A DNA stretch of 64,000 bases, from the NCBI GenBank assembly GCA_965206645.1, contig CBDBKE010000004.1, positions 198,738-262,737 of the forward strand, given 5' to 3'. Shown here piece by piece: positions 18,625 to 29,093 of the stretch (its first letter is position 1; the number at the start of each line of letters is the position of its first letter). Both the position numbers and the translations under genes were made by a program. The stretch comes from Terriglobia bacterium. GTDB lineage: Bacteria; Acidobacteriota; Terriglobia; JAJPHL01; JAPKYU01. The notes beneath the pieces were generated by a model. That model had not been told where the DNA came from, searched no databases, and saw only the letters and a list, made by a program, of their open reading frames with translations.

Positions 18625-20528
18625 ATGTCTATGATGAGAGCATGGGTCGTGTTGCTGATCGCCGGGTTGGTGCTCCAGCCGCTGCTGTTGGTGGCCCAGG
18701 AACCGGACTATACGAAGGGCTACTCCGCCTTTCCTGATTTTCTTTCGTCTTACCGGCCTATGGGGATACCCGCGCCGGTACTGGGCAACTCCGGGCGGGT
18801 CGAGGACCTGCTTCGGGAAGGCAAGCTGATTCTGTCGCTGAGCGACGCCATCTCGCTGGCGCTAGAAAATAACTTGGACGTGTCCATCCAGCGCTACAAC
18901 CCGAGGATCGCCGATCTGGATATTCTGCGCACCAAGGCCGGGGCCTCGCCGCGTGGCGTGCGCACGGCGGTGACCAGCGCCTCACAGGTCGGCGATGCCG
19001 GCGGCTTCGGCGGCGCGGGTGCCCAAGGCGGCACCGGAACCGCTGCTGGCGGTGTGGGCCAGGGAACCGGGGGATTGGTGACTTCGGCGCTGACCGCTGG
19101 GGCGCCCATCGGCAGCTTCGACCCGGTGGTCACCGCTAACCTCAACATCAACCATCGCACCACCCCCATCACAAGCTTCTTCTTCTCACAGTTCCTGGGC
19201 GTTGACCAGCTGCAAACCAACACCGGGACGGCCAATTTCACCTACCAGCAGGCCTTCCACAGCGGCACCTCACTGAGCCTGGGGTGGAACAACGGTCGTG
19301 AGACCAACCGAGTGGAGACTATCAACCCGCGGATCAATGCCAATTACCAGTTCCAGATCACGCAGCGGCTGTTGCAGGGCTTCGGCTTCGGCCCCAACAC
19401 GCGCAACATCCGGATCGCCAAGAACAACCGAGAGGTCAGCGACCTGGTGTTCAAACAGCAGGTCATTCTGACGGTGACCCAAGTCCAAAATCTCTACTGG
19501 GACCTGGTTAGCACCCTGGAGGACGTCAAAGTGCGCGAGCGGTTCGTCACGGTGGCCGAGAAACTGCACAAGGACAACCAGCGCCAGGTGGAGATTGGCA
19601 CCCTGGCCCCCATCGAGATCGTGCGGGCCGAGGCCGAGGTGGCGCGCACCCGCCAGGACCTGATCGTGGCCCAGACCACAGCCCAGCAATTGGAAACTTC
19701 GCTGAAGAACCTGGTGCTGCGCGACCTGAGCGATCCGGTGCTGGGGGGAGCTCGCGTTGTACCCACCGATCGCATCACTGTTCCGCCGGTCGAGCCGGTG
19801 GTGCCCGTTCAGGACTTGATCGGAACGGCCTTGTCAGCCCGGCCCGAGTTGTCCCAATCCCGCATTGACCTGCGCAACCGTGAAATCTCCATCCGGGCAG
19901 CGAGGAACGGCATGCTTCCTTCGCTGGATGCCTTCGCCTACTGGGGAGGCAGCGGGATCGGTGGCCAGGCCGGTACCAGTCCGATCACGGGCGAGCCGGT
20001 CGAGATTGCGGAGCAATTCAGAGGCGGCCTGGGCACGTCGCTGAACCAGATGTTCGGCGGTGATTTCCCCGATTACGCATTTGGGCTGCAGATCAGCATT
20101 CCCATCAGGAATCGGGCTGCGCAGGCCGACGCCGCTCAGGCCCAGATTGAGGAGCGACAAGCGCAAATGCGACTGCGCCAACTGGAGAACACGGTGCGCG
20201 CCGAGGTGCGCAATGCGGTGATTGGCTTGCAGCAGAATCGCGCCCGCCTGGACGCCGCCGGAAGGCGCGGGAGCTGCAGCAGCGCACCCTGGACGCCGAG
20301 CAGAAGAAGTTCCAGTTCGGCGCCTCCACTATCTTCCTGGTCATCCAGGCGCAACGCGATCTGGCCGAGGCGGAGGGCGCCGTCGTACGGGCACTGGGCG
20401 ATTACATGAAGGCGCGGGTCGAGCTGGAGCGCTCCACCGGCGAAACCATTGTCAAGAACAGGATCATCCTGGACGAAGCCTCCCAGGGCCAGATCTCCCG
20501 GCCCCCGCAGGCGCTGCCCAATTCCTAG
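18625..20528 (+). pseudogene. tolC: TolC-family outer membrane efflux protein with a -1 frameshift near 20259
   Basis: Signal peptide, LSLSDAISLALENNLD and OEP repeats. The C-terminus (RKARELQQRTLDAEQKKFQFGAST...PNS, stop 20526-20528) continues in another frame; adding one C after 20259 gives 635 codons. Confidence 0.85.
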
Positions 20529-20549
20529 TAGGGTCGAAGACGCGAAGTC

Positions 20550-21683
20550 TCACTGCCGAGGAACGTTCACACTGAGAGGCATGCGCACCACCAGATTGCG
20601 TCCCGGACCGGGGTGCAGGTTGGTGAGTTCCAACTCCAATTCGAAGTGATGGGTGCCTTCGGGCGCGTCGCGCAAAATGCCCGGGAACATCACCGAAGTG
20701 CCGGCGGGAATCAGCTTGGTGTCGAGGTAGAACCAAGCAGGCGCCTGCCGGATGCGGAGACGGAAGCCGATGGCGGAGTCGTTGCGGATGCGGAGGGCCA
20801 GGTAAGTGCCGCGACCGCGATAGCTCAGCTCAGGGTTCTCCACCTTCACCGCGGCTTGCCAGAGCCCTCGCAGGAACGGCTCCGCGCCCCAGAGCTGGCC
20901 ACCCATCCAGGCCACCGTGCGGCGGGCCACCAGCGCCTCGCGCACGCCAGCAGCATCGGCCGTGCGCACAAACAGCAGCGTGATGGGTCGGATCCCATGC
21001 ACGATGCGGGGCGGCATTGGATCGTGGATGTCACTGGTGCTAATAATCGTTAATTTCTTCTCTTCAATCCACGGATAGGCCCCAGCATAGAAATTCGTCC
21101 CATTAACCAGTTCCATGCCCTGAAACAGCTTTTCCTGGTGGGCGGCCGCGATAGGTGGGAACCACTCCGGCTTTTGGACGCCATGCTCGGGGTGGTTCCA
21201 GAAAACGAAGGCGTCCTGGGCGCGCGCCCGTCGCAGCGCCTCGAACAGGTCGGGTACATTCAGGGCATTGGGGTCGGTGACGAACAGGGCGTTGAAGTGC
21301 GTCGGCCCGTGCGCCAGCGTCTTGGTGATTTCTAGGCCCTGGATCAGGATCAGGCCCAATTGTTCGGCCAGGGGACGGGCCAGAGCATCGGAACGAGTGC
21401 CGTCCACCTTTACGTCCCCGGCGTGGATATGGGAGTCGACGTGGTCAGTCAGCCCGATCACATCCAGACCGTCGCGCCAGGCCTCGATGACCCGCACGGT
21501 CGGCCACACCTGGCCATCGGAGAAAACGGTGTGGATGTGGAAGTCGCCCTTCAGTGTTTTGTAGCCGGGAAGGTCGGGGACCGGAAGCGGGTCACGCACC
21601 TCGGCCGCGTGCATGGCTCCCAGCAGCAGAAGTGCCAACAGCGGGTGGAAGAAGGCCGTCTTTGTCACGACAGAACGTTGCAT
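20550..21683 (-). CDS. Secreted PHP-domain metallo-phosphoesterase
   Basis: GDFHIHTVFSDG, TDH, HFNALF, NHP and SDIH motifs; signal peptide. Confidence 0.85.
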   Translation of the reverse strand: MQRSVVTKTAFFHPLLALLLLGAMHAAEVRDPLPVPDLPGYKTLKGDFHIHTVFSDGQVWPTVRVIEAWRDGLDVIGLTDHVDSHIHAGDVKVDGTRSDALARPLAEQLGLILIQGLEITKTLAHGPTHFNALFVTDPNALNVPDLFEALRRARAQDAFVFWNHPEHGVQKPEWFPPIAAAHQEKLFQGMELVNGTNFYAGAYPWIEEKKLTIISTSDIHDPMPPRIVHGIRPITLLFVRTADAAGVREALVARRTVAWMGGQLWGAEPFLRGLWQAAVKVENPELSYRGRGTYLALRIRNDSAIGFRLRIRQAPAWFYLDTKLIPAGTSVMFPGILRDAPEGTHHFELELELTNLHPGPGRNLVVRMPLSVNVPRQ

Positions 21684-21735
21684 TTCGCACCTCGTGGCCG
21701 GCGCGCTTACTTATCGCGCCCAAGTCGCCGTCATT

Positions 21736-22093
21736 CTACCACCTGCCCGCCCGGGTTTACAGGGAGGCTGATGAGGCAGGTGCCGGCTGGAGAGTGGGCG
21801 CAGCGGGCTATGGTGCGCTCGGAGCGCGGCCGGTCGGCGGACGGCCCGCGAGGCGAATCAAAAACCTTGCCTAAACCGCTGATACTCGCCGATGATAGGA
21901 GGCGCAGGTTCGGACTACCACCTGCCCGCCCGGGTTTACAGGGAGGCTGGTGAGGCAGGTGCCGGCTGGAGAGTGGGCGCAGCGGGCTATGGTGCGCTCG
22001 GAGCGCGGCCGGTCGGCGGACGGCCCGCGAGGCGAATCAAAAACCTTGCCTAAACCGCTGATACTCGCCGATGATAGGAGGCGCAGGTTCGGA
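21736..22093. repeat. 179-bp tandem duplication in the divergent intergenic region
   Basis: 21736-21914 and 21915-22093 differ at one position (21771 a vs 21950 g). Confidence 0.97.
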
Positions 22094-22106
22094 TTTGGAG
22101 TCTGTC

Positions 22107-23434
<1,328 letters not shown>

Positions 23435-23438
<4 letters not shown>

Positions 23439-23544
23439 TGCTGTGCCCGGCTGCTGTGACCGGCTGAGGATGTATTCCGCACCTGGCCGCCGGGACGGCG
23501 GTGCTACAAGCCAGTAGCAAGAGACATGCCGGACACGTTACTAG
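23435..23544. repeat. CTAG-bounded MITE-like element containing a GTAG-type REP
   Basis: Terminal IRs 23435-23451 and 23528-23544 (13/17); inner minus-strand GTAGCACCGCCGTCCCGGCGG. Confidence 0.65.
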
Positions 23545-24005
23545 CGAGTGGGCTGTGCCCGGAGGCGCGCGAGCGGGAAGTTATCTCTGGACACCGTGCG
23601 CAGAAAGCGGGGCGGGTGAAACACCAGCCAAAGCCCGAGCAGCGCGGCGGCCAGATTCATCGCCACGTCGTACACCGCCGGATGGCGAAACACAGAAAAT
23701 AACTGGATCGTCTCGGAGGCCAGCGCGACACTGGCGCAACAGAAAACAGCGAGGCGGCGAGCGTCTCGGGCCACTTTTCTGAATGGAATCGTACTCAGCC
23801 CCAGCAAGAAAAAGGCCACGACATGATTGCTCTTGCGAAAAACGGTGTGCCCGAAGAGGGTGAGGTCGTCCTCGACGTCGACCGGCTTCCCCAAAAGTGA
23901 TTCCACCATGGCCACATAAGCGCTGTCTCCAGTGACGAAGTCGGTCGAGTACACCAGGATGACGACGCTCAGCACTGCAAAAGCGGCCCAGCTTCCCGCG
24001 TGCAT
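23541..24005 (-). CDS. VanZ family membrane protein
   Basis: RKSNHVVAFFLLG and SETIQLF..RHPAVYDVAMN motifs; hydrophobic helices. Confidence 0.8.
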   Translation of the reverse strand: MHAGSWAAFAVLSVVILVYSTDFVTGDSAYVAMVESLLGKPVDVEDDLTLFGHTVFRKSNHVVAFFLLGLSTIPFRKVARDARRLAVFCCASVALASETIQLFSVFRHPAVYDVAMNLAAALLGLWLVFHPPRFLRTVSRDNFPLARLRAQPTR

Positions 24006-24198
24006 AACAGCCTTGAGTTAGGCACTTCGCTAGCCAATTGCCGCCGCCGTGACATGCTTGCAACTCTTTGAAAATTCGTGCAAGACCAGGGCGTTGTTAG
24101 ACAGGATCATTCCTAAATGGGAAATTAGTTGTATTTTGGAACGCTACGCCCCCGCGCTGGCTACAAATGGGGGGTGCGAATAGGGCCTGTTGGGCGGG
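23970..24198. repeat. Direct repeat R1 (decayed DUF72 3' end + intergenic + intact vanZ 5' end)
   Basis: Aligns with 25087-25315; identical blocks of 35 nt (24007-24041) and 30 nt (24107-24136). Confidence 0.95.
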
Positions 24199-24201
24199 AA
24201 G

Positions 24202-24236
24202 CTCGGAGGCCAGCGCGACACTGGCGCAGCAGAAAA
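24202..24236. repeat. 35-nt copy of an internal vanZ segment
   Basis: 34/35 identical to 23712-23746. Confidence 0.93.
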
Positions 24237-24488
24237 AAGGAGAGTCTTCCAACAAAATTGAAACGAGGCTTGAACCTCAATGAGGCACTATCGCCATCAA
24301 GTGGAACGGCTGGAGGAGGAGGATGGCAGCGTACTACGAGACAGCTAGGTATTTAGCTCGCAGCAGCAAACCGAGCGCAGGGCTCGGCAGTTGATGGAGG
24401 AGGGCAGCTAGGCATGGGTCATCGCCCTGCCCGCCAATGGTTGCGATGGGCGGTAACTCTATCTATCGTGGCACATGGCAACGCCTTT

Positions 24489-25070
24489 TTAGGGGTCAAG
24501 CTTAATGCCGGTGCTAGGGACGGTGCCGTACAGCCAGCGTTTCATATGTTGGAGGTAGCGCCAGTGTGGGTCCAGTTTGCCGCCATGACCGACAAACTTC
24601 GGGTCCAACGCGAAGCGACTGGGCGCGATGAGCCACCACAGCAGATGGTCAGTCTCGTGCTCCCACAGTTGCCATTCGTCGGCGTGCTCGGCCGCAATCG
24701 AGATCTCCGGCATGTCTCCGGTGGGATCAAACACCGCGTATTCTTTCTTGCCGTTAGGGAGGAGCCTCGGGTACTCGCCGGGTACAAGCCGAAGTCGCAG
24801 CCGCTCGGGGGGCTCGATGTGCGTGTAGGTGTACTTTGGCCCGAGCGACTGAAACGCACTGGAGTAAACGAAGCGCCGCGCCCGCGACTGGTCATACGCC
24901 TTCCAGAAACGCTGGTAGGTGGCGCAGCGGTCGGCGGCGAAGATTTGCCAGCCTGTGGGTATCGAGTCGCACGCGGGCACCGCTGCGCTGGCCCTCACAA
25001 CCCACAACAGCACCAGCAAGAAGAGTGCAAGGCGGCTAATCAATGAGGGTCTTTTGGTCCACGCGCCCAT
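24489..25070 (-). CDS. Hypothetical secreted protein with HExxH motif (possible zincin)
   Basis: 193 aa from ATG 25070; signal peptide ending VRASA; WEHETDHLL followed by FVGHG. Confidence 0.6.
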   Translation of the reverse strand: MGAWTKRPSLISRLALFLLVLLWVVRASAAVPACDSIPTGWQIFAADRCATYQRFWKAYDQSRARRFVYSSAFQSLGPKYTYTHIEPPERLRLRLVPGEYPRLLPNGKKEYAVFDPTGDMPEISIAAEHADEWQLWEHETDHLLWWLIAPSRFALDPKFVGHGGKLDPHWRYLQHMKRWLYGTVPSTGIKLDP

Positions 25071-25086
25071 TGATGATACCCGGCAG

Positions 25087-25315
25087 CAGCACCGCAAAGG
25101 CAGCCCAGCTTCCCCGCGCAAGACAGCCTTGAGTTAGGCACTTCGCTAGCCAATTGCTCTCGCTCTGGCGCGCTTGCAACTCTTTGAAAACTGGTTCGAG
25201 ACCAAGCCGTGGTCAGACAGAGTCATTCCTAAATGGGAAATTAGTTGTATTTCGGAACGCTACGGCCCCGCGACGGCTACAAAGGGGGGGCTGCGAATAG
25301 GGCCTGTTGAGCGGG
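25087..25315. repeat. Direct repeat R2 (intact DUF72 3' end + intergenic + decayed vanZ 5' end)
   Basis: Aligns with 23970-24198. Confidence 0.95.
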
Positions 25316-26188
25316 CCTCTCCGTCTCGGAAAACGACTCCAGTTCCGGGTAGACTTCAACCAAAGTCGCTGGTGCCTCGACCGGTTTGCCTAGCAGGATG
25401 CTGATCAGTTGCAGGGCGTTGGCGGCCGCCTTTCCCTGGTAGTGGTTGTTGGTAATGACGTAAGTGGTCTGCGCGCTGGCGGCCACCTGCTGGATCCGCT
25501 TTCGCCACGGCTCCAGTTCCCCCGGTGAGTAGAGGTAATTGTAGCGCTCATGCCGCGACTCGGTTTCGCCGTTGGCGAACCAGGACTGGTAATTGCGCCC
25601 GTGAAAGCGGATGTAGCCAATTCGGCCCGCGAGCACGGCGCTGGGGCCCATGCCGTGGGACAGCGTGGGTTGGTCAATATTGCAGAAGCCGGCGCCGTGT
25701 TCGTTCAAGAGTTCCAGGAAGGGTCGGGAGAGCCAGTCGCCGTGCCGCATCTCCACCACCATCGGGTAGTCGCGGAGGCGTTCCAGCAGCGCGCCCACAT
25801 AGGCCCGGTTTTCCGGCGTGTGCTTGAAGGACCAGGGGAATTGAGCCAGCACCGCTCCTAATCGCCCCGACTCCATCAGCACGTCGGCCATGGCCCGGAA
25901 GGCTCGCTCCTCTTCGGGGCCGGCATTGCCGTCGTGGGTGAAGGAGCGGTGCAGTTTGGCAGTGAACAGGAACCGCTGGTTGTAAGCCACGCGCAGGGCC
26001 CACAGCCGGGCGTGCTCAGGGCGGACGGGCCGATAGAAGGAAGTGTTGATTTCCAGAGTGTCGAAGTACTGGGCCAGGTAGGCCGCCTGGTGGAAGCCGG
26101 GATGGCGGAGGCGCGGATAAACAGGGCCCACCCAGTCGGCGTAGGACCAGCCGGCGGTCCCAACCTTGATCGTGGCCGGCAGCGGCAT
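25277..26188 (-). CDS. DUF72 domain protein
   Basis: VGTAGWSYADW, EINTSFY, YIRFHGRN, RYNYLYS and TNNHYQG motifs. Confidence 0.92.
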   Translation of the reverse strand: MPLPATIKVGTAGWSYADWVGPVYPRLRHPGFHQAAYLAQYFDTLEINTSFYRPVRPEHARLWALRVAYNQRFLFTAKLHRSFTHDGNAGPEEERAFRAMADVLMESGRLGAVLAQFPWSFKHTPENRAYVGALLERLRDYPMVVEMRHGDWLSRPFLELLNEHGAGFCNIDQPTLSHGMGPSAVLAGRIGYIRFHGRNYQSWFANGETESRHERYNYLYSPGELEPWRKRIQQVAASAQTTYVITNNHYQGKAAANALQLISILLGKPVEAPATLVEVYPELESFSETERPAQQALFAAPPL

Positions 26189-26227
26189 CGCACCCCAAGC
26201 CTACCACAAGCCACAAGCTGCCAGCCC

Positions 26228-27133
26228 TTAAGCCTCAAACTTCATTTGCTTCAAGCCTTCCTCCAGCGTCCAGTGCTTCATACGGAAGGTCGTGAGCATC
26301 GGGGCGGTATCGCAAGTGGAGCCCTCTCGCATCATCGTCAACTGGTTGCGGGTCACCGGCGGGAAGGGAAGGAAACTTTCCAGAAACGCCGCGTTGATGT
26401 ACATCAACCAAAAGGGTAAGTGAATTTTCCTCTTGCGAATGCTGGCTGCGTCGGCCAGTGCGTCCAGCATCTCCTCAATCGGCATGGCCCGTGGCCCCGC
26501 CAGGGCCACTTCGCGTCCTAGCGCCAAGTCGTTGGTGAGCGATTGGACGAAGCAATCCACCACGTCCTCGATGTATATGGGCTGAACCGGGTACTGCCCG
26601 CTGCCAACAATAGGCCGCAGCGGCGCCTTGCGCATCAGTTCGAGCATGTGGGTGGTGAAGCCGTCGCCTGGGCCGTAAATCCCTGGCCCGTAAATTATGG
26701 AAGGGCGCAGAATGACCCAAGGGATGCCGCACGCCCGGACCGCCTCTTCCCCTTTCCACTTGGTCTTGTGGTAGGCGGCGACCGCGTTGGGGCGCGTGCC
26801 CAGCGCGCTCATGTGAACGAAGCGACGGATGCGGCTGGCTTTCGCCACAGCCACCACCTTGCGGGTGCCCTCGTGGTGGACGCGCTCGAACGTGGCTCCC
26901 TTCGCCTCGGCGATAGTCCCTACGAGGTGGATGACGGCGTCGCAACCTGGCATCACGTCCCGCAGGGAGGCTGCCTGCAGAATGTCGCCGGGGACATATT
27001 CGATGCCGGGCGCACTGGTCCTGGCCTTGCCCATCGAGCGCTCCAGTGCTCGCACTCTGTGGCCGGCGGCCAGTAGCCCTTTCACCAGGTGGCTCCCGAC
27101 GAAGCCGGTGGCGCCAGTCAGGAACACGTTCAT
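26228..27133 (-). CDS. NAD-dependent epimerase / complex I NDUFA9-like atypical SDR
   Basis: TGATGFVG, YHKTKWKGE and LRPSIIYG motifs. Confidence 0.88.
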   Translation of the reverse strand: MNVFLTGATGFVGSHLVKGLLAAGHRVRALERSMGKARTSAPGIEYVPGDILQAASLRDVMPGCDAVIHLVGTIAEAKGATFERVHHEGTRKVVAVAKASRIRRFVHMSALGTRPNAVAAYHKTKWKGEEAVRACGIPWVILRPSIIYGPGIYGPGDGFTTHMLELMRKAPLRPIVGSGQYPVQPIYIEDVVDCFVQSLTNDLALGREVALAGPRAMPIEEMLDALADAASIRKRKIHLPFWLMYINAAFLESFLPFPPVTRNQLTMMREGSTCDTAPMLTTFRMKHWTLEEGLKQMKFEA

Positions 27134-27292
27134 CGAGCACCTCGGTTCCGCAACGTGCTACATTGACACAGGTGCCGATTATGCCACGATTCGAGCGGGT
27201 GATCCTGATCGCGCTCAACATCTGCGGGATCGCGGAGAATCCGGGTGCAACTGGACTGCGGGACCAGTTTTCTTGAGGAGGTGACCCGACTG

Positions 27293-28042
27293 ATGCGCGT
27301 TCCCCTGATCGCCGGCAATTGGAAAATGTACAAGACGCTCGCTGAGACCAAGCAGTTTTTCCTCGAGTTTCTGCCCCTGGTGGCCAATTCCACACATTCC
27401 GAGATTGCCATCGCCCCGCCGTTTACCGCTATCGGCACAGCGGTGGAGCTGGCCCGCGGCTCCCGCGTGGGCATCTCGGGGCAGGACATTTACTGGGAAA
27501 AGCAGGGCGCCTTTACTGGGCAGGTCTCCGCACCGATGCTGGCCGAAGCTGGCTGCCGCTTCGCCATTATTGGGCACTCAGAACGGCGCCAATACTTCGG
27601 GGAGACGGATCAGACAGTGAACAAGAAAATTCGTACCGCATTGGAGGCGGAGCTGGAAGCCATCCTCTGCATCGGTGAGCTACTGAAGGAACGCGAGGCG
27701 GGCCGGACCGAAGCAGTGCTCAAGCAGCAGGGTGAAAAGGGCCTGGATGGTTTGACCGTTGCCGAACTTGCCCGTATAATTATCGCGTACGAGCCGGTGT
27801 GGGCCATCGGCACCGGACGGACGGCAACGCCGGAAATCGCTCAGAAGGCGCACGGGTTCATTCGTTCCGTCGTAGCAGCCGGTTTTGGCCGGGAGGCGGC
27901 AGACCGCCAGCGCATCCTCTACGGCGGCAGCGTCAAGCCGGACAACATCAAGGGCTTGATGGCCCAGGCCGACATTGATGGGGCGCTGGTAGGAGGTGCG
28001 AGTCTGGAGGCAAAGTCGTTTGCGGCAATTGTGAATTTCTAA
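27293..28042 (+). CDS. tpiA: Triosephosphate isomerase
   Basis: AGNWKM, IIGHSERR, AYEPVWAIGTG, LYGGSV and LVGGASL motifs. Confidence 0.98.
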   Translation: MRVPLIAGNWKMYKTLAETKQFFLEFLPLVANSTHSEIAIAPPFTAIGTAVELARGSRVGISGQDIYWEKQGAFTGQVSAPMLAEAGCRFAIIGHSERRQYFGETDQTVNKKIRTALEAELEAILCIGELLKEREAGRTEAVLKQQGEKGLDGLTVAELARIIIAYEPVWAIGTGRTATPEIAQKAHGFIRSVVAAGFGREAADRQRILYGGSVKPDNIKGLMAQADIDGALVGGASLEAKSFAAIVNF

Positions 28043-28066
28043 AGCGCAGGCCTGGACCGGAACACG

Positions 28067-28420
28067 ATGTATACGTTTCTGATCATCCTTCACGTGCTGG
28101 TTTGCCTGGTGCTGATCCTGGCGGTGCTGCTACAAAGCGGGAAGGCGGCCGACTTGGCCGGCGCCTTCGGCGGCATGGGCAGCCAGACGGCCTTTGGGCC
28201 ACGCGGCGCTGCCACTCTGCTTTCCAAGGCAACCACCGCCTGTGCCGTCCTCTTCATGCTGACTTCCCTGACGCTGACTATCATAGCCACGCAACGGGCC
28301 GGCCCAGGCTCAGTGCTGGAAGAGAGCGCGCTGGAAGAAACGACCGAACCGGCCGGCTCGGAACAAGCGCCCCAGCTCGCGGCGCCGGTTCAGCCGCAAC
28401 CGCAACCCCAGCCGCAGTAG
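28067..28420 (+). CDS. secG: Preprotein translocase subunit SecG
   Basis: VLLQSGK..LAGAFGG..GPRGA..LSKAT with two TM helices; follows tpiA. Confidence 0.95.
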   Translation: MYTFLIILHVLVCLVLILAVLLQSGKAADLAGAFGGMGSQTAFGPRGAATLLSKATTACAVLFMLTSLTLTIIATQRAGPGSVLEESALEETTEPAGSEQAPQLAAPVQPQPQPQPQ

Positions 28421-28505
28421 TCCGGCAACGCCTGCGCCGTTAGAGTAACGCCAGAGTCCTCTCCCAACCGTGCAAGGAGGGTTTTCGCTGCTCGACTGAG
28501 GTTTC

Positions 28506-28514
28506 TGGTATAAT
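28506..28514 (+). promoter_or_regulatory. Extended -10 promoter of tRNA-Leu
   Basis: TGgTATAAT about 20 nt upstream of the tRNA. Confidence 0.65.
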
Positions 28515-28533
28515 CGGGCCAAGTCCTTCAAGT

Positions 28534-28620
28534 GCGGAGGTGGCGGAACTGGCAGACGCACCAGCTTGAGGGGCTGGCGAGGGCAACCTCGTGGGGGTTC
28601 AAATCCCCCTCTCCGCACCA
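28534..28620 (+). tRNA. tRNA-Leu(GAG)
   Basis: Acceptor GCGGAGG/ctccgc, anticodon arm CCAGC-TTGAGGG-GCTGG, long variable arm, GGGGG-TTCAAAT-CCCCC T-arm, encoded CCA. Confidence 0.97.
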
Positions 28621-28731
28621 GCTTTCCCCTTTTGGGCCCAATTGGTCTGCTAGCACTCCAGCTCGTAACTCGAATAGGAACAGCACTCAAACAAAGGAGG
28701 AGCCCGCGGCAGAATCTACACAACGCGAATG

Positions 28732-28996
28732 GGTGAACGTAGGTGGCCATGTCAAGCAGCTTGATGCAGAGTCTTGGGAGACCTACTGGAAGGAAATGCG
28801 TTCTAGTGAAGCGCTGGAGTTCATCAGAGATGCGAAGAGTGTCCTGTACAAGGCGAATCTCATCGGCAAAGATTTTCGAATCGAGACCAAAATCGTTAAT
28901 GCAGATGTTGTTGCTGGACCCATTGCATGCTGGACGCCCTTGGTGTTTCCCGAAGAGAAGTTGGCTCTGGCTACGATCTATCGACACCACCACTGA
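28732..28996 (+). other. Possible short ORF or gene fragment of unknown function
   Basis: Open frame NVGGHVKQLDAESWETYWKEMR...; no convincing start context. Confidence 0.3.
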
Positions 28997-29093
28997 CGGT
29001 GGCGACGCCACGCGGCTGACGTTCCCCTCGCGCTCTCGCATGCCGAGGGCGCGCCAGTGGCCGGCGGCGCTGACTATGATGGAGTACGTCTGA

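Noticed and set aside
26671-26700. 15-nt in-frame duplication (IYGPG twice); similar FCTHAFCT duplication near 41438
   Set aside because: Adjacent short tandem copies are explained by ordinary slippage, so they are not counted as template-switch evidence.
28532-28996. 154-aa ORF starting at 28532
   Set aside because: Its first about 30 codons are the tRNA-Leu gene; only the distal part is kept as a low-confidence fragment.
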